This document shows positions 13,201-23,819 of a stretch of 64,000 nucleotides of DNA, piece by piece (position 1 is the stretch's first letter; every line of letters starts with the position of its first letter). The notes under the pieces were generated by a model. The model saw nothing but the letters and a program-made list of their open reading frames with translations. It was not told the DNA's origin and ran no database searches. The position numbers were made by a program, and so were the translations under genes. Source of the stretch: Macrostomum lignano (taxonomy: Eukaryota); assembly GCA_002269645.1 (NCBI GenBank), contig NIVC01001263.1:1-64000 (forward strand), written 5' to 3'.

Positions 13201-16017
13201 GTCAACAGCAGAACAACTGTCAGTCAGCGAGTTTCAGTGTAGGCAAAAGTTCGCGGGGATATTATACGCCCATACACTCCGGCTGCCCTCAGGTGAAAGA
13301 GAAATGCGTGGAATTCCACCTGATGAAGGAAAGCAGCGAGATCTGGCCGCGCCTCACCAGCGCCAAGCAGCGCGAGCCGTGGATCAAGGTGAACTTCGAT
13401 CACATGCAGTTCTCGGACGACTCCGAGCAGGAGGAGCCGCCCTTCCCCAAGTGGGACTCGGACGATTCGCCCGCCCCGTCGTCGCGGCGTCGACGCGACG
13501 ACGATCGAATTCGCGACGCGGTGTCGAAGGACATGGACAAATTCTTTGCCGTATTCCGCAGCCCGCTCAAGCTCTACCTGTTTCTGTACAACATGTTCCA
13601 GTGGGTCGGCTTCTGCTACGTGTTTCACGTGTCTCTGTACAGCTACCTGCGGGCCGGCTCTAAGGTGACATGATTGTTATAATGGGAGAGATAACTATGC
13701 GAAACTGAAACAGATAGTGGGAATTTTTTATGAACCCCAGGCAACGTTAGAGGATAGAGAAAGGATAGACAAAGAAAGCGCTGACAAGGGGAGACAAGGG
13801 GATGGTAGACAGATGGGTAGATGGCGCGGCATCTGTAAATATCCACCAGCTTCTTTTTCTGTCTCCCCCAGGCCCAGCGGCAGGAGGCGTTCGCGAGCAT
13901 CCGGCCGCAGCTCTGCATGTTGCAGCTGGCCGCCAGCTTGGAGATTCTCAACGCCGCCCTCGGCTGGGTTCGTTCCGGCGTGCTGGCCACCGGCATGCAG
14001 GTGAGCTGGAGAGTTGCAGCTGCTGAGCCATGAACATCTGTTGTGACTGGCATTTGTCCATTGTCTATCTATGACCTTCTGTTTTAGCTTGTCGCACCAT
14101 GTACATATTCTCAATCTGTGTCTGATCTCACCGTGTACATACCTCAAGCTGTGTCTGATCTCACCATGTACATATCTTAATCTGTGACTGATCTCACCAT
14201 GTACATATCTCAATCTGTGTCTGATCTCACCATGCGCATATCTCAATCTGTGTCTGATCTCACCATGTATACATATCTTAATCTGTCTGATCTCACAATG
14301 TACATATCTAAATCTGTGTCTGATCTCACCATGTACATATCTCAATCTGTGTCTGATCTCACCATGTACATATCTCAATCTGTATCTGATCTCACCATGC
14401 GCATATCTCAATCTTTTTCTGATCTCGCCACGTCACCATGTCCATGTCTCAAGCTGTGTCTGATTTCACCATGTACATACTCATATCTCAATCTGTCTGA
14501 TTTCACAATGTACATATCTCAAGCTGTGTCTGATCTCACCATGTCCATGTCTCAAGCTGTGTGTCTGATCTCACCCTTGTAGATCTGGAGCATTGGAATC
14601 TTTGCTTATTCGCCTGCTACCTCCTGCATTCTGAATTGTCAGGTTTCCCTATCTCTCCCATTGTCAGGTTTCCCTATCTCTCCCATTGTCAGGTTTCCCT
14701 ATCTCTCCCATTGTCAGGTTTCCCTATCTCTCCCATAGTCAGGTTTCCCTATCTCTCCCATTGTCAGGTTTCCCTATCTCTCCCATAGTCAGGTTTCCCT
14801 ATCTCCCCCATAGTCAGGTTTCCCTATCTCCCCCATAGTCAGGTTTCCCTATCTCCCCCATAGTCAGGTTTCCCTATCTCCCCCATAGTCAGGTTTCCCT
14901 ATCTCTCCCATTGTCAGGTTTCCCTATCTCTCCCATAGTCAGGTTTCCCTATCTCTCCCATTGTCAGGTTTCCCTATCTCTCCCATTGTCAGGTTTCCCT
15001 ATCTCACCCATAGTCAGGTTTCCCTATCTCCCCCATAGTCAGGTTTCCCTATCTCTCCCATAGTCAGGTTTCCCTATCTCTCCCATAGTCAGGTTTCCCT
15101 ATCTCACCCATAGTCAGGTTTCCCTATCTCCCCCATAGTCAGGTTTCCCTATCTCCCCCATAGTCAGGTTTCCCTATCTCTCCCATAGTCAGGTTTCCCT
15201 ATCTCCCCCATAGTCAGGTTTCCCTATCTCTCCCATAGTCAGGTTTCCCTATCTCTCCCATAGTCAGGTTTCCCTATCTCCCCCATAGTCAGGTTTCCCT
15301 ATCTCCCCCATAGTCAGGTTTCCCTATCTCTCCCATAGTCAGGTTTCCCTATCTCTCCCATAGTCAGTTTTCCCTATCTCTCTCATTGTAAGGTTTTTAC
15401 ATCCTAGAAAATATCAATTGTCCTTGCGACCCAGTTGCTATGCAACCTATTCTACGCGTAGCAACATTCATTAATCGCAGGTATTCGGCCGCGGCATGAT
15501 CCTATTCATGCTGGTGCTGCCATACGAAGAGCTGCAGCGCATGGAGCCGGTGTTCTGGCTGGCCGTGACCTGGTCGGCAGTGGAGGTGGTCCGCTACCCC
15601 TACTACATCCTGGTCGTGCTGGGCCAGGAGTCCAGCCTCGTCACCTGGCTGCGCTACACGATGTGGATTCCGCTTTACCCGCTAGGCTTCGTGCTGGAAG
15701 GCCTGGTGATGCTGGCCGCCTTGCCGCGGGTGATGGAGGAGCGCTGGTACAGCGTGGAGCTGCCAAACAAGTTCAACATGTCCTTCGACTTCTCGCTGTT
15801 CCTGCGGGTGTACATGGTGGGCTTCCTGGTCGGCGCCTACGCCCTTATGAGCCACATGTACGCGCAGCGGAAGAAGAAATTCGGCGCCAATCCGCGCTCC
15901 CAGTTCAGCCGGTGGGGCCTCCTGCCTTTCCTGTCCGGCCGGAATCAGCGGCGCGCGTTGGGGCTGGACAGCGGCGACGGCGCCGGGGGCCGCGTGCAGC
16001 AGAAGAAGGCCAAGTGA
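10241..16017 (+). CDS. HACD3: Very-long-chain 3-hydroxyacyl-CoA dehydratase 3 (PTPLAD1), CS/p23 domain + PTPLA domain, ~428 aa
   Basis: Exons 10241-10489, 13293-13664, 13872-14000, 15481-16017; all GT-AG, phase 0, open frame. N-terminal HPFVLWGQ...GYGCHGNNVYQFEI (CS domain), EVVRYPYY, RYTMWIPLYPLGFVLEG with the catalytic Tyr and Glu, C-terminal KKAK dilysine ER motif. Confidence 0.95.
10684..12847. mobile_element. Foldback (FB-like) element with long modular inverted arms, in HACD3 intron 1
   Basis: TTAA|CAGTAG...CTACTG|TTAA ends. Near-perfect ~430-bp outer inverted repeat (10689-~11120 vs ~12390-12814), then ~120-bp tandem subunits on both arms, an inner IR (~11496-11555 vs ~11778-11835) and a ~225-bp AT-rich spacer. 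No transposase. Confidence 0.88.
14108..14578. repeat. 33-bp minisatellite (tctgatctcaccatgtacatatctcaatctgtg), HACD3 intron 3
   Basis: Tandem units visible directly; the 11-aa periodic ORFs are artefacts. Confidence 0.92.
14636..15385. repeat. 25-bp minisatellite (gtcaggtttccctatctcyccca[t/ta]), ~30 copies, HACD3 intron 3
   Basis: Highly homogeneous tandem units. Confidence 0.95.
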
Positions 16018-16076
16018 AGCCGCCGGACCGTGTGCTGGGCGTTAGGATCTCATTTCTGCGGTCTAAAATCCTGATT

Positions 16077-16200
16077 TTGGGGATTTTAACATCTGAGAGA
16101 GCTTTGGGATTTTAACATCTGAGAGAGCTTTGGGATTTTAACATCTGAGAGAGTTTTGGGATTTTAGCATCTGGGGAGAGTTTTGGGATTTTAACATCTG
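16077..16200. repeat. 26-bp tandem repeat just downstream of the HACD3 stop
   Basis: gggattttaacatctgagagagcttt x ~4.5. Confidence 0.85.
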
Positions 16201-16699
16201 CAAGCTAGAAGACTTGAATTAATTATCTACGCGATTTTATGCTGAAGAAGAAGAATGAAGAAGATTTCGAATTCAAAGAGTATAGGGAAAAGTAGGGCTG
16301 GATAGTCATTTCGACTGCTAGAAATTCTATCCAACATTTGCGGGCCTGGCAGTATTAGGCACTGTGAGTTATCTCGTGCCGGGACCCGCTCTGCTCTATA
16401 AATTCTACACCGGCACTTTTGAACTGTCCGGCACCATGCGATTTTATTTAACCTGCCAGTGCGGTAACTGCATGCTTGTACTGGGCTCCACTGTCATATT
16501 AATAGCTTTCCTTATTTATTGAATTCTCTGTTTTGTCTTGCCCTCAGTTAGTCGCACAGCTCTGAATAGGAATTAATATTTGACTAGCGACTCCAGGGTC
16601 TAATTGTCTTCGATAACTGAATGCACGCCTCGATTGTACTGCTCACATGGCATGCTGCGCACCCAGTATTCCCTGCTCCCGATTCGCTGTTTCTTAGTG

Positions 16700-16815
16700 T
16701 CTCTGTCTGTCCGTCCGTCTGTCGGTCTGTGTCTGTCTGTCTGTCTGTCTGTCTGTGTCTGTCTGTGTCTGTCTGTCTGTCTGTCTCTGTCTGTCTCTCT
16801 GTCTGTCTGTCTGTC

Positions 16816-16848
<33 letters not shown>

Positions 16849-16985
16849 GTCTGTCTGTCTGTCTCTGTCTGTCTGTCTGTCTCTGTCTGTCTCTCTGTCT
16901 GTCTGTCTGTCTCTGTCTGTCTGTCTGTCTCTGTCTGTCTGTCTGTCTCTGTCTGTCTCTGTCTGTCTGTCGGTCTGTGTCTGTC

Positions 16986-17018
<33 letters not shown>

Positions 17019-17029
17019 GTCTGTCTGTC

Positions 17030-17098
<69 letters not shown>
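16700..17098. repeat. (GTCT)n compound microsatellite
   Basis: Direct observation. Confidence 0.97.
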
Positions 17099-17798
17099 AT
17101 CCTCACCAGCTCACAGTGCAGCTAAATGCTTTCACACCCCAAGCTTACTGATTCCGTCATATTGTAACCCCCCCCCGTCTGGGCCGCAATGTGTTTTACA
17201 TTTGGTGGGCTGATTGCTTTTTAATTAGCTTCAGCTCTCAACTGGTCAACTTGACAGCCGTCTTGGCGAACAATTGCTTTGAAGTTATTATTTTTACAGA
17301 TCCGCATTTCCGTTTTTAATTAATTAATTGCGACCAACCCCAGTGCGCTGTGCTGTTGTCGGGATTTTTTACTGCGACACGCGAAACTTGTTGCCGACCT
17401 GACCGCAGATTCAGCGTTGCACTGCCGCGAGAATCGACCCTAACTGCGGACCATCTCGAAGGTCTCCCATTAGAAGCCAAGACTTTTAATTATCGCCCAA
17501 AAATCATTCCTTAATCGTCGTTTTCAAGGTCCTATGATAACCATTTAGAGTAGTATGCGTGTGATTTAAAATTTGCTTACTCTGTGTACTGAATACGCCG
17601 GAATAGCCACAATTCGCTACCGTATTTCCATGTCAAGTTTCGATTCGGGAGACAAGTAATATAAAAAATATATATTATAAAGATGCTTCTAATTATTGAT
17701 TTATCTTCCAGGCCCAAAGTCAGGATTATTAATAACTTATTGCCAATGTCGCTGTTTGTCAGGCCTCATTATTCTATAGCTGAATTAAGAGAGCTAGT

Positions 17799-17906
17799 GG
17801 CGCTCACTGTGGAGCATCGGTGGGGGACAGCGGCGCTCACTGAAGCATCGGTGGGGGGGGGGGCAGCGGCGCTCACTGAAGCATCGGTGGGGGACAGCGG
17901 CGCTCA
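17799..17906. repeat. 31-bp tandem repeat x3
   Basis: ggcgctcactgaagcatcggtgggggacagc units. Confidence 0.8.
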
Positions 17907-18941
17907 GTGAAAGAATTCTTAGCGAACTGAACTCAAACTGAGTATGGTATCCATGCTACGAGTAATTCTGCACAAAATTCGAGTTTGAGCTGGGCTCAAA
18001 AAGCTTCGGTTTATCAGTAATTGTTAATTGCCTTTTGCCCTTCCTTGCCTGAAGATTCCATCGTATTATACAGTGATTAGCATTTTAGGAAAGTGAAAGA
18101 AAAGTTCGCGCAAGTGCAAATAATCGTACGAGTACTCAACTGCTGGCACTGTCAAGCAATGGAAGGAGCTTTCGAGTGCGCGCGAGCTCACAGGGAAGAT
18201 CGGTCCAGGGCTCTGCAGCCCTATTTCTATTGCTTGAGCAGTCCAAGTCCTTCAAGAATGAAACCCAAAAAGAGAAGCATTTGAGCCGGTCAGGGAGAGA
18301 ACAGTCGGGGTGGGGGAGATTGGGAAATTTCTCCCGTCTTCACTCTCTCCGTCTGGACTCTCGGCCTTGTTTCTCCCCTCACCCCCGAGTCAGCTGATCG
18401 GCTCGCCCCGCCCCAAGCCGATCCCCCGAGTCCCTGCCTGCGCCGCCCGTTTCTCAACTACTCCGTCCGCTCTTTCCCGCAGTCGCCTTCGCTGTTCTGC
18501 CTGCTTTTGCGCCCCAGCCGGTCGGGCTTCTCTCTGCCCTCCTGCGCGCTCTCTCCCAAAACTCGTCTCCCCGTCTCTGCTTCTATCCCGGCCGGTGTAC
18601 CTCTGCTTGCATTCGCGCAAAATCCGCACGCCCCCTCGCCATCCGGGATCCTCCTCTCCCCACCATCTAGCCATTTTCATTATCGCTGGTTGGCGTCGCC
18701 GCCTTTATAAGGTGGAAAACGCCGCTTTGCTTGCCAAGCTGGGCTGCTTGCGGACAGGCCGGTGCCGCTCCCCGACTGCCTCGGCGGCTTACCTGCAGCT
18801 CAACTGAAGGGGATAGAAAGGGACTGAGATCGCCTAGCCAACCTGAATGCACTTTTAAGCGTTCGGGCCGCCAGAGCCACCCGCATCCGTGATCCTTCAT
18901 CCAAACCGGCACTTCTCGGGACTGTCATCTGAGACCTCGCC

Positions 18942-19727
18942 CTGGAGCCGCCAAGTGAGTCGTAGATTTAGAGCGCATGCGCGTGCGCAATCTTCTGTTT
19001 GCTTTGCGTGGGCAGCTCAGAGATTCTGTCTCGGAGGAGTAGGAAGACCGGCGCGACATTGATTTGCCCCAGCTGGTTCTTTCAAGGGGTCACAGCTGTG
19101 TGCACAATAGGATGGTGCAGCATTGTAGTCTCCCGATGCACAGTGCAAAATTGAAGTTAAAATACAAATAGAAGCTAGAATACTTCGTAAAAATTTAAAT
19201 CTCAGTGGGATTAGGTAAACATCTCAGTGGGATTATATGCACATCTCTACGCACTTTCCCGGTCCGCAGGTCCCAGCGTCCAGTCGTCTTCGGGCGCTTC
19301 GCCCGGCCCTGCCGGTTCCTCCACGAGCTCCGGCTCCGTCGGCGGCACCAAAACCTTCCAGGTGTACCTCAGCAGCAGTCCAGGCTCGCCTGGCGGGGCC
19401 CGCACCTACGCCTGCGTGCACTGCCGGGCCCACCTGGCCGCCCACGCCGACCTCATCAGCAAGAGCTTCCAGGGCAGCCAGGGCCGGGCCTACCTGTTCG
19501 ACCGGGTGGTCAACGTGACGGCCGGGCCAGCGGAGGACCGCCAGCTGCTCACGGGGCTGCACAGCGTGGCTGACATCCAGTGCCAGGGCTGCCGTACCGT
19601 CCTAGGCTGGAAGTACGAGCGCGCCTTTGAGAGCTCGCAGCGCTACAAGGAGGGCAAGTTCATCATCGAGCTAGCGCACCTCATCAAGGACAACGGCTGG
19701 GACTCGGATGAGCCCGAGGCGCTCTAA
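18942..19727 (+). CDS. YPEL: Yippee-like Zn-binding protein (YPEL1/2/3 type); start codon uncertain, candidate CUG at 18942
   Basis: 19270-19727 encodes KTFQVYL...[11 protein letters not shown]...[14 protein letters not shown]...[52 protein letters not shown], nearly identical to the YPEL consensus. Acceptor CAG ends at 19269; candidate donor AA|GTGAGT at 18955 gives a phase-1 join. The exon contains no Met. The 5' boundary is inferred. Confidence 0.9.
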
Positions 19728-19745
19728 GGTGGGCCAGCTGCGAGT

Positions 19746-20281
19746 GCCGCCCGCCTAAGCTCTCCTCCCTTCGGCTCTCCTCCCTTCGGCTCTCCTCCCT
19801 TCAGCTCTCCTCCCTTCAGATCTCCTCCCTTCGGCTCTCCTCCCTTCGGCTCTCCTCCCTTCGGCTCTCCTCCCTTCAGATCTCCTCCCTTCAGCTCTCC
19901 TCCCTTCAGCTCTCCTCCCTTCAGCTCTCCTCCCTTCAGCTCTCCTCCCTTCAGCTCTCCTCCCTTCAGATCTCCTCCCTTCGGCTCTCCTCCCTTCAGA
20001 TCTCCTCCCTTCAGCTCTCCTCCCTTCAGCTCTCCTCCCTTCAGCTCTCCTCCCTTCAGCTCTCCTCCCTTCAGCTCTCCTCCCTTCAGCTCTCCTCCCT
20101 TCAGATCTCCTCCCTTCAGCTCTCCTCCCTTCAGCTCTCCTCCCTTCAGCTCTCCTCCCTTCAGCTCTCCTCCCTTCAGCTCTCCTCCCTTCAGCTCTCC
20201 TCCCTTCAGCTCTCCTCCCTTCAGCTCTCCTCCCTTCGGCTCTCCTCCCTTCAGCTCTCCTCCCTTCAGCTCTCCTCCCAT
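19746..20281. repeat. 15-bp minisatellite (ctctcctcccttcag), ~36 copies, starting 18 bp after the YPEL stop
   Basis: Direct observation. Confidence 0.96.
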
Positions 20282-22065
20282 CGGCTTCTTTCAAGTTCGT
20301 ACCGTACATGTCTTTCCCAAGTTAGGAGAGTTACCAGCGTAAAGAGCCTATAAATATTTACAAACATGCCCCCGCATTCCCATCTGAGAATGCGGGATGC
20401 GGCCACTCTCTCTGGCCTAGATGCGCTCCGGCACGTCCCCCAGGCTCTCCTCTCTGCCCGCGGCGTCTCCGCCCTCCCTCTCTCCCGCGCGATTCGGTTC
20501 GGTGTGCGAGGAGAAGATCCTTGCGCATATCTTAAGCCAGCCCAGACTGCGCAGGATGCGGGCCCCGCCCCGGCCTGGCGGCTGCGGACGACGAGTCCGC
20601 AGATTTTTGCCGCGCCAGCGACAGCGCAGCAGGGCGGTGGCCATCAAGCGGTGCCCCCAGAGACCCGGAGTCTTTCCTCCGTCCTGCCTGCACTTAGCTA
20701 TGTTCCCCGGGAGCAGAAAACACCCAGGATGGGGGGCTGACTGATGGAGAATCTGATTAACTCACCCCGCTTCGCTTCCTCTTCTCCGTGCTCTTCTTTT
20801 CCTCTATTTTAAACTCTCTGCACTTTCTTGTTCAGCGAGGCCAGAGCCTCTCCCATCCTCTACTCTCTCGTCTGCCTCATCTGCAAGAGCTGTTGAGTAA
20901 TGGGCATATCAAATTTCCATATTCATTCGATACAGCTAAATTTTCCGGAGAGAACCGGGGCATCACAGATTTTGGGCATCCAGAGATTTACCTGTTTTAA
21001 ATCCAATTTTCCCATCTGCAGTCCCATACTGCATGTACTGAAACATGTACTCATGTTTTTTGCACATAAGTGCTTTGTAACGGAGAATTTTTCTTCTCAG
21101 TTTTAGAAACACATGCCTTGGGAATTGAGCCGAAATTCTTCGTAGTTACTAACTGCTGTTTCCAATCAATGAATGACAAGCACCGGCCGTTCGTTTTCGT
21201 GAAAATGTCACATAGGAATTGCTTTGAAATTTACTGTTGCCTGTTTTTGAGTTATTAAATACTTTTTTGTCTTCTCAAAAACCTGTGGGCACCTTATGAA
21301 GATTCAATTATCGGATGTACTCTCAGCAGCTTGATCTGTAAATCATTAAACTTGAATTATGAAGGCAAATTTTTCCAGTATAGTTCCGTACGCTTGTAAA
21401 TACTGTATTAATGATCATATTACTGCAATAAATGATGCCATATTGAATATGAAGAAACACAGCTTGTGTCACATTTCCAGAATCTATCGATTTTAATTAA
21501 TTATTGATAAATTAATGAATTTTAACAATCTCACTTACCAACGTGTGCATTTACGACATGTACCAATTTACCCAAACATGTACATTTGCAATGTAGCTAC
21601 TACTACTACCGTATATATGAGGATTTTAATTGGAATTTTGTTTTAGACTGCACGCTCAGAAATGCGGGTTTTTCCATTGCATAAATTTACCGGTACACTG
21701 GTTTTAAGCTTTCTGATTGCTCTGAACGTTTTAGCTGTCCAAGTTTTTAAAGAAAGTTACATTAACATGTACAAGTATGTAAGCTACAGCAAAAGTTTTC
21801 TGGGGGTTGTGTAGCCCACTTAATGTAGGTTCTGGAGTTTAGAGCGTACGTCGGACTCACGACTTAAAGGCAAGGACCACTGCATAGCTATTTTACCTAT
21901 TTACACTGGGTCCTTGCTGGAATTGGTCGGGGTTCGATTCCTGAATCCCAACGTAACAATTTGTGTCCTTAATTGAGCAAGACTCTTAAATCTGCATTGA
22001 TTCAGTTCACCCAGTTGTAAAATGGGTACCAGCAGCATTAGCTGGTGTAATTGAGGGTTGCATGT

Positions 22066-22316
22066 GGGGTATCGGTAATTCATGGCCCGGGCGGCCCCTA
22101 TTTAGCCAATGTAAATCTATTTTAGTAAATAAGTAAAACAAAAACTATACTGACCAGAATGCCACATATTTTTACAGTCAATTGGGAGGTTACTACGTTG
22201 TAAAATATTGATTGTCAATTTAATGAACTTCTGATGCTCTTTTTTTAAATTAAGTTAAAACTAAAGTAACAACGCCGCGGCCCTGGGCCGGGCCGGGCCG
22301 CGAAATACCAACACCC
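22066..22316. mobile_element. MITE with ~30-bp G-starting TIRs and a 9-bp TSD (Mutator- or Merlin-like)
   Basis: TSD gttgcatgt at 22057-22065 and 22317-22325; TIRs ggggtatcggtaattcatggcccggg / gggccgggccgcgaaataccaacaccc. Confidence 0.75.
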
Positions 22317-22360
22317 GTTGCATGTGTGTAGCGACCCCCCATACCATGTCGAAAGCACCT

Positions 22361-22838
22361 TCTTTCACAAGATCGAAATTTCACAAGGTCGAAATTTCAT
22401 AACATCGAAAACTCAAATAGCAACCACTTTCACAAGGTCGAAATTTCTCACAAGGTCGAAATTTCACAACATCGAAAACTTTAGCAAGAGACTTCATAAG
22501 GTCGAAATTTCAGAACATCGAAAACTCAAATAGCAGCCACTTTCACAAGGTCGAAACTTCACAAGGTCGAAACTTCACAAGGTCGAAATTTCACAACATC
22601 GAAAACTTTAGCAAGGGACTTCATAAGGTCGAAATTTCACAACGTAGAAAACTATTGTATTAGCTATTGTTAGATTAAATTTTCGACGTTGTGAAATTTC
22701 GAGCTTATGAATTTCGACCTTGTGAAAGTGGATGCTATTTGAGTTTTCGATGTTATGAAATTTCGACCTTGTGAAGTTTCGACCTTGTGAAAAAATTTAC
22801 TTTTCGACGTTGTGAAATTTCGACCTTGTGAAAGCACC
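22361..22838. repeat. Palindromic array of ~16-bp cacaaggtcgaaattt subrepeats (small foldback element)
   Basis: Subrepeats switch orientation near 22665; inserted within the SINE. Confidence 0.8.
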
Positions 22839-23205
22839 CCTTGGACTGAACGGCCGGACGCAGCGAATGAAATAGAAAAAAATATCATGCTAAGAATAGC
22901 AGATTTTTTAAACAAATATGGCAAATTTTAGATTCAATCTGTATTTTTGTTTAAATTTTAGACTGAGCATTTGCTATCTTGGAAATTTTAAAAGCACCTA
23001 CACTACTGGTTTTCTCGCGTTCTATACTTATTTTCTTCTGCAGCAAAGGTAAATTCAAACGAGGCCGGATTCCTTGTATTTTGTCAGTGACGGCCTCCGC
23101 CTACAGTTGGTGGCTTTCTTTTTCGTCAGTGGAGTGTGTTCACATATCGTGCATTTAATTCCTTCATCGAGCAAGCGTAGGATGATGGGTGGGTGCTACA
23201 GTAGT

Positions 23206-23330
23206 GAATTCGGCAATCCTGAAGATTCCCGCGTTTAATTATTTTACGGAATTATTTCGCCCTCTATTCAAGGGTGGTGGGGGTGGGGGTTATAATTAAA
23301 CGCGGGAATCTTCAGGATAACCGTGAATTC
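23206..23330. repeat. ~125-bp hairpin (MITE-like)
   Basis: atcctgaagattcccgcgtttaattat / ataattaaacgcgggaatcttcaggat perfect 27-bp inverted repeat. Confidence 0.75.
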
Positions 23331-23819
23331 TTTTTCATTTATTTCACACAAAATCCTGCGTTGGACGAATTCATTTTAGTCAAACTCACATTACTTGTGA
23401 AATAGGTCAAATAGCCAAAGCAGCCTTATTGTTATTATTATTAAGTATTGTTTCATTTTTTCAATCTTGTTATCATTTAGATCTCAAATTACTCCATTGC
23501 AGGATTTGCAGTATATGAGGTGTATAGGATAGGATAGGCAATGGGCATTTTGATTTTGGTAGATGGAATTCAGCATAGATTAGTCTTGTCTAGGCATGGC
23601 ATGGTATTGGTATGGCATTGGTATTGGTATGAAGTATAATTTGTTGCCTCTAGTATTTGTAATAATATCTAGATATTTTCAATAAATATTAGCTTTGTAT
23701 TTGTATTAGGCCTAGATATAATACTATAATAGGCCTACTAGCAATCCAGCCCATTTGGGGGGTGCAAAAAGGAAAATGTTAATGTTGCTAAAATATTAAA
23801 GAATAGACTCATGCTTCAA

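Larger units (their letters stand above)
21830..22865 (+). mobile_element. tRNA-derived CORE-like SINE, interrupted by three younger insertions
   Basis: B-box-like ggttcgattcc (~21931) and CORE-like tgtgtcctt...gcaagac..ttaa...cacccagttgtaaaatgggtacc; colinear with the uninterrupted copy at ~38580-38830; the 3' part resumes at 22317-22340 and 22835-22865. Confidence 0.65.

Noticed and set aside
13728-14582. Long periodic ORFs (227 aa and 132 aa)
   Set aside because: Translations of the 33-bp intronic minisatellite; same for the ORFs at 16600-17213, 19724-20309, 29832-30703, 31310-31999, 33159-33737 and 44909-45496.
19227-19269. ORF-track start of YPEL at 19227
   Set aside because: That codon is GTG within an AT-rich, intron-like stretch upstream of a good acceptor; the nearby ATG at 19237 is out of frame.
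20366-20744. GC-rich ORFs after the YPEL repeat
   Set aside because: Several overlapping short frames, no recognisable domain or clear splice structure; could be UTR or a promoter island.
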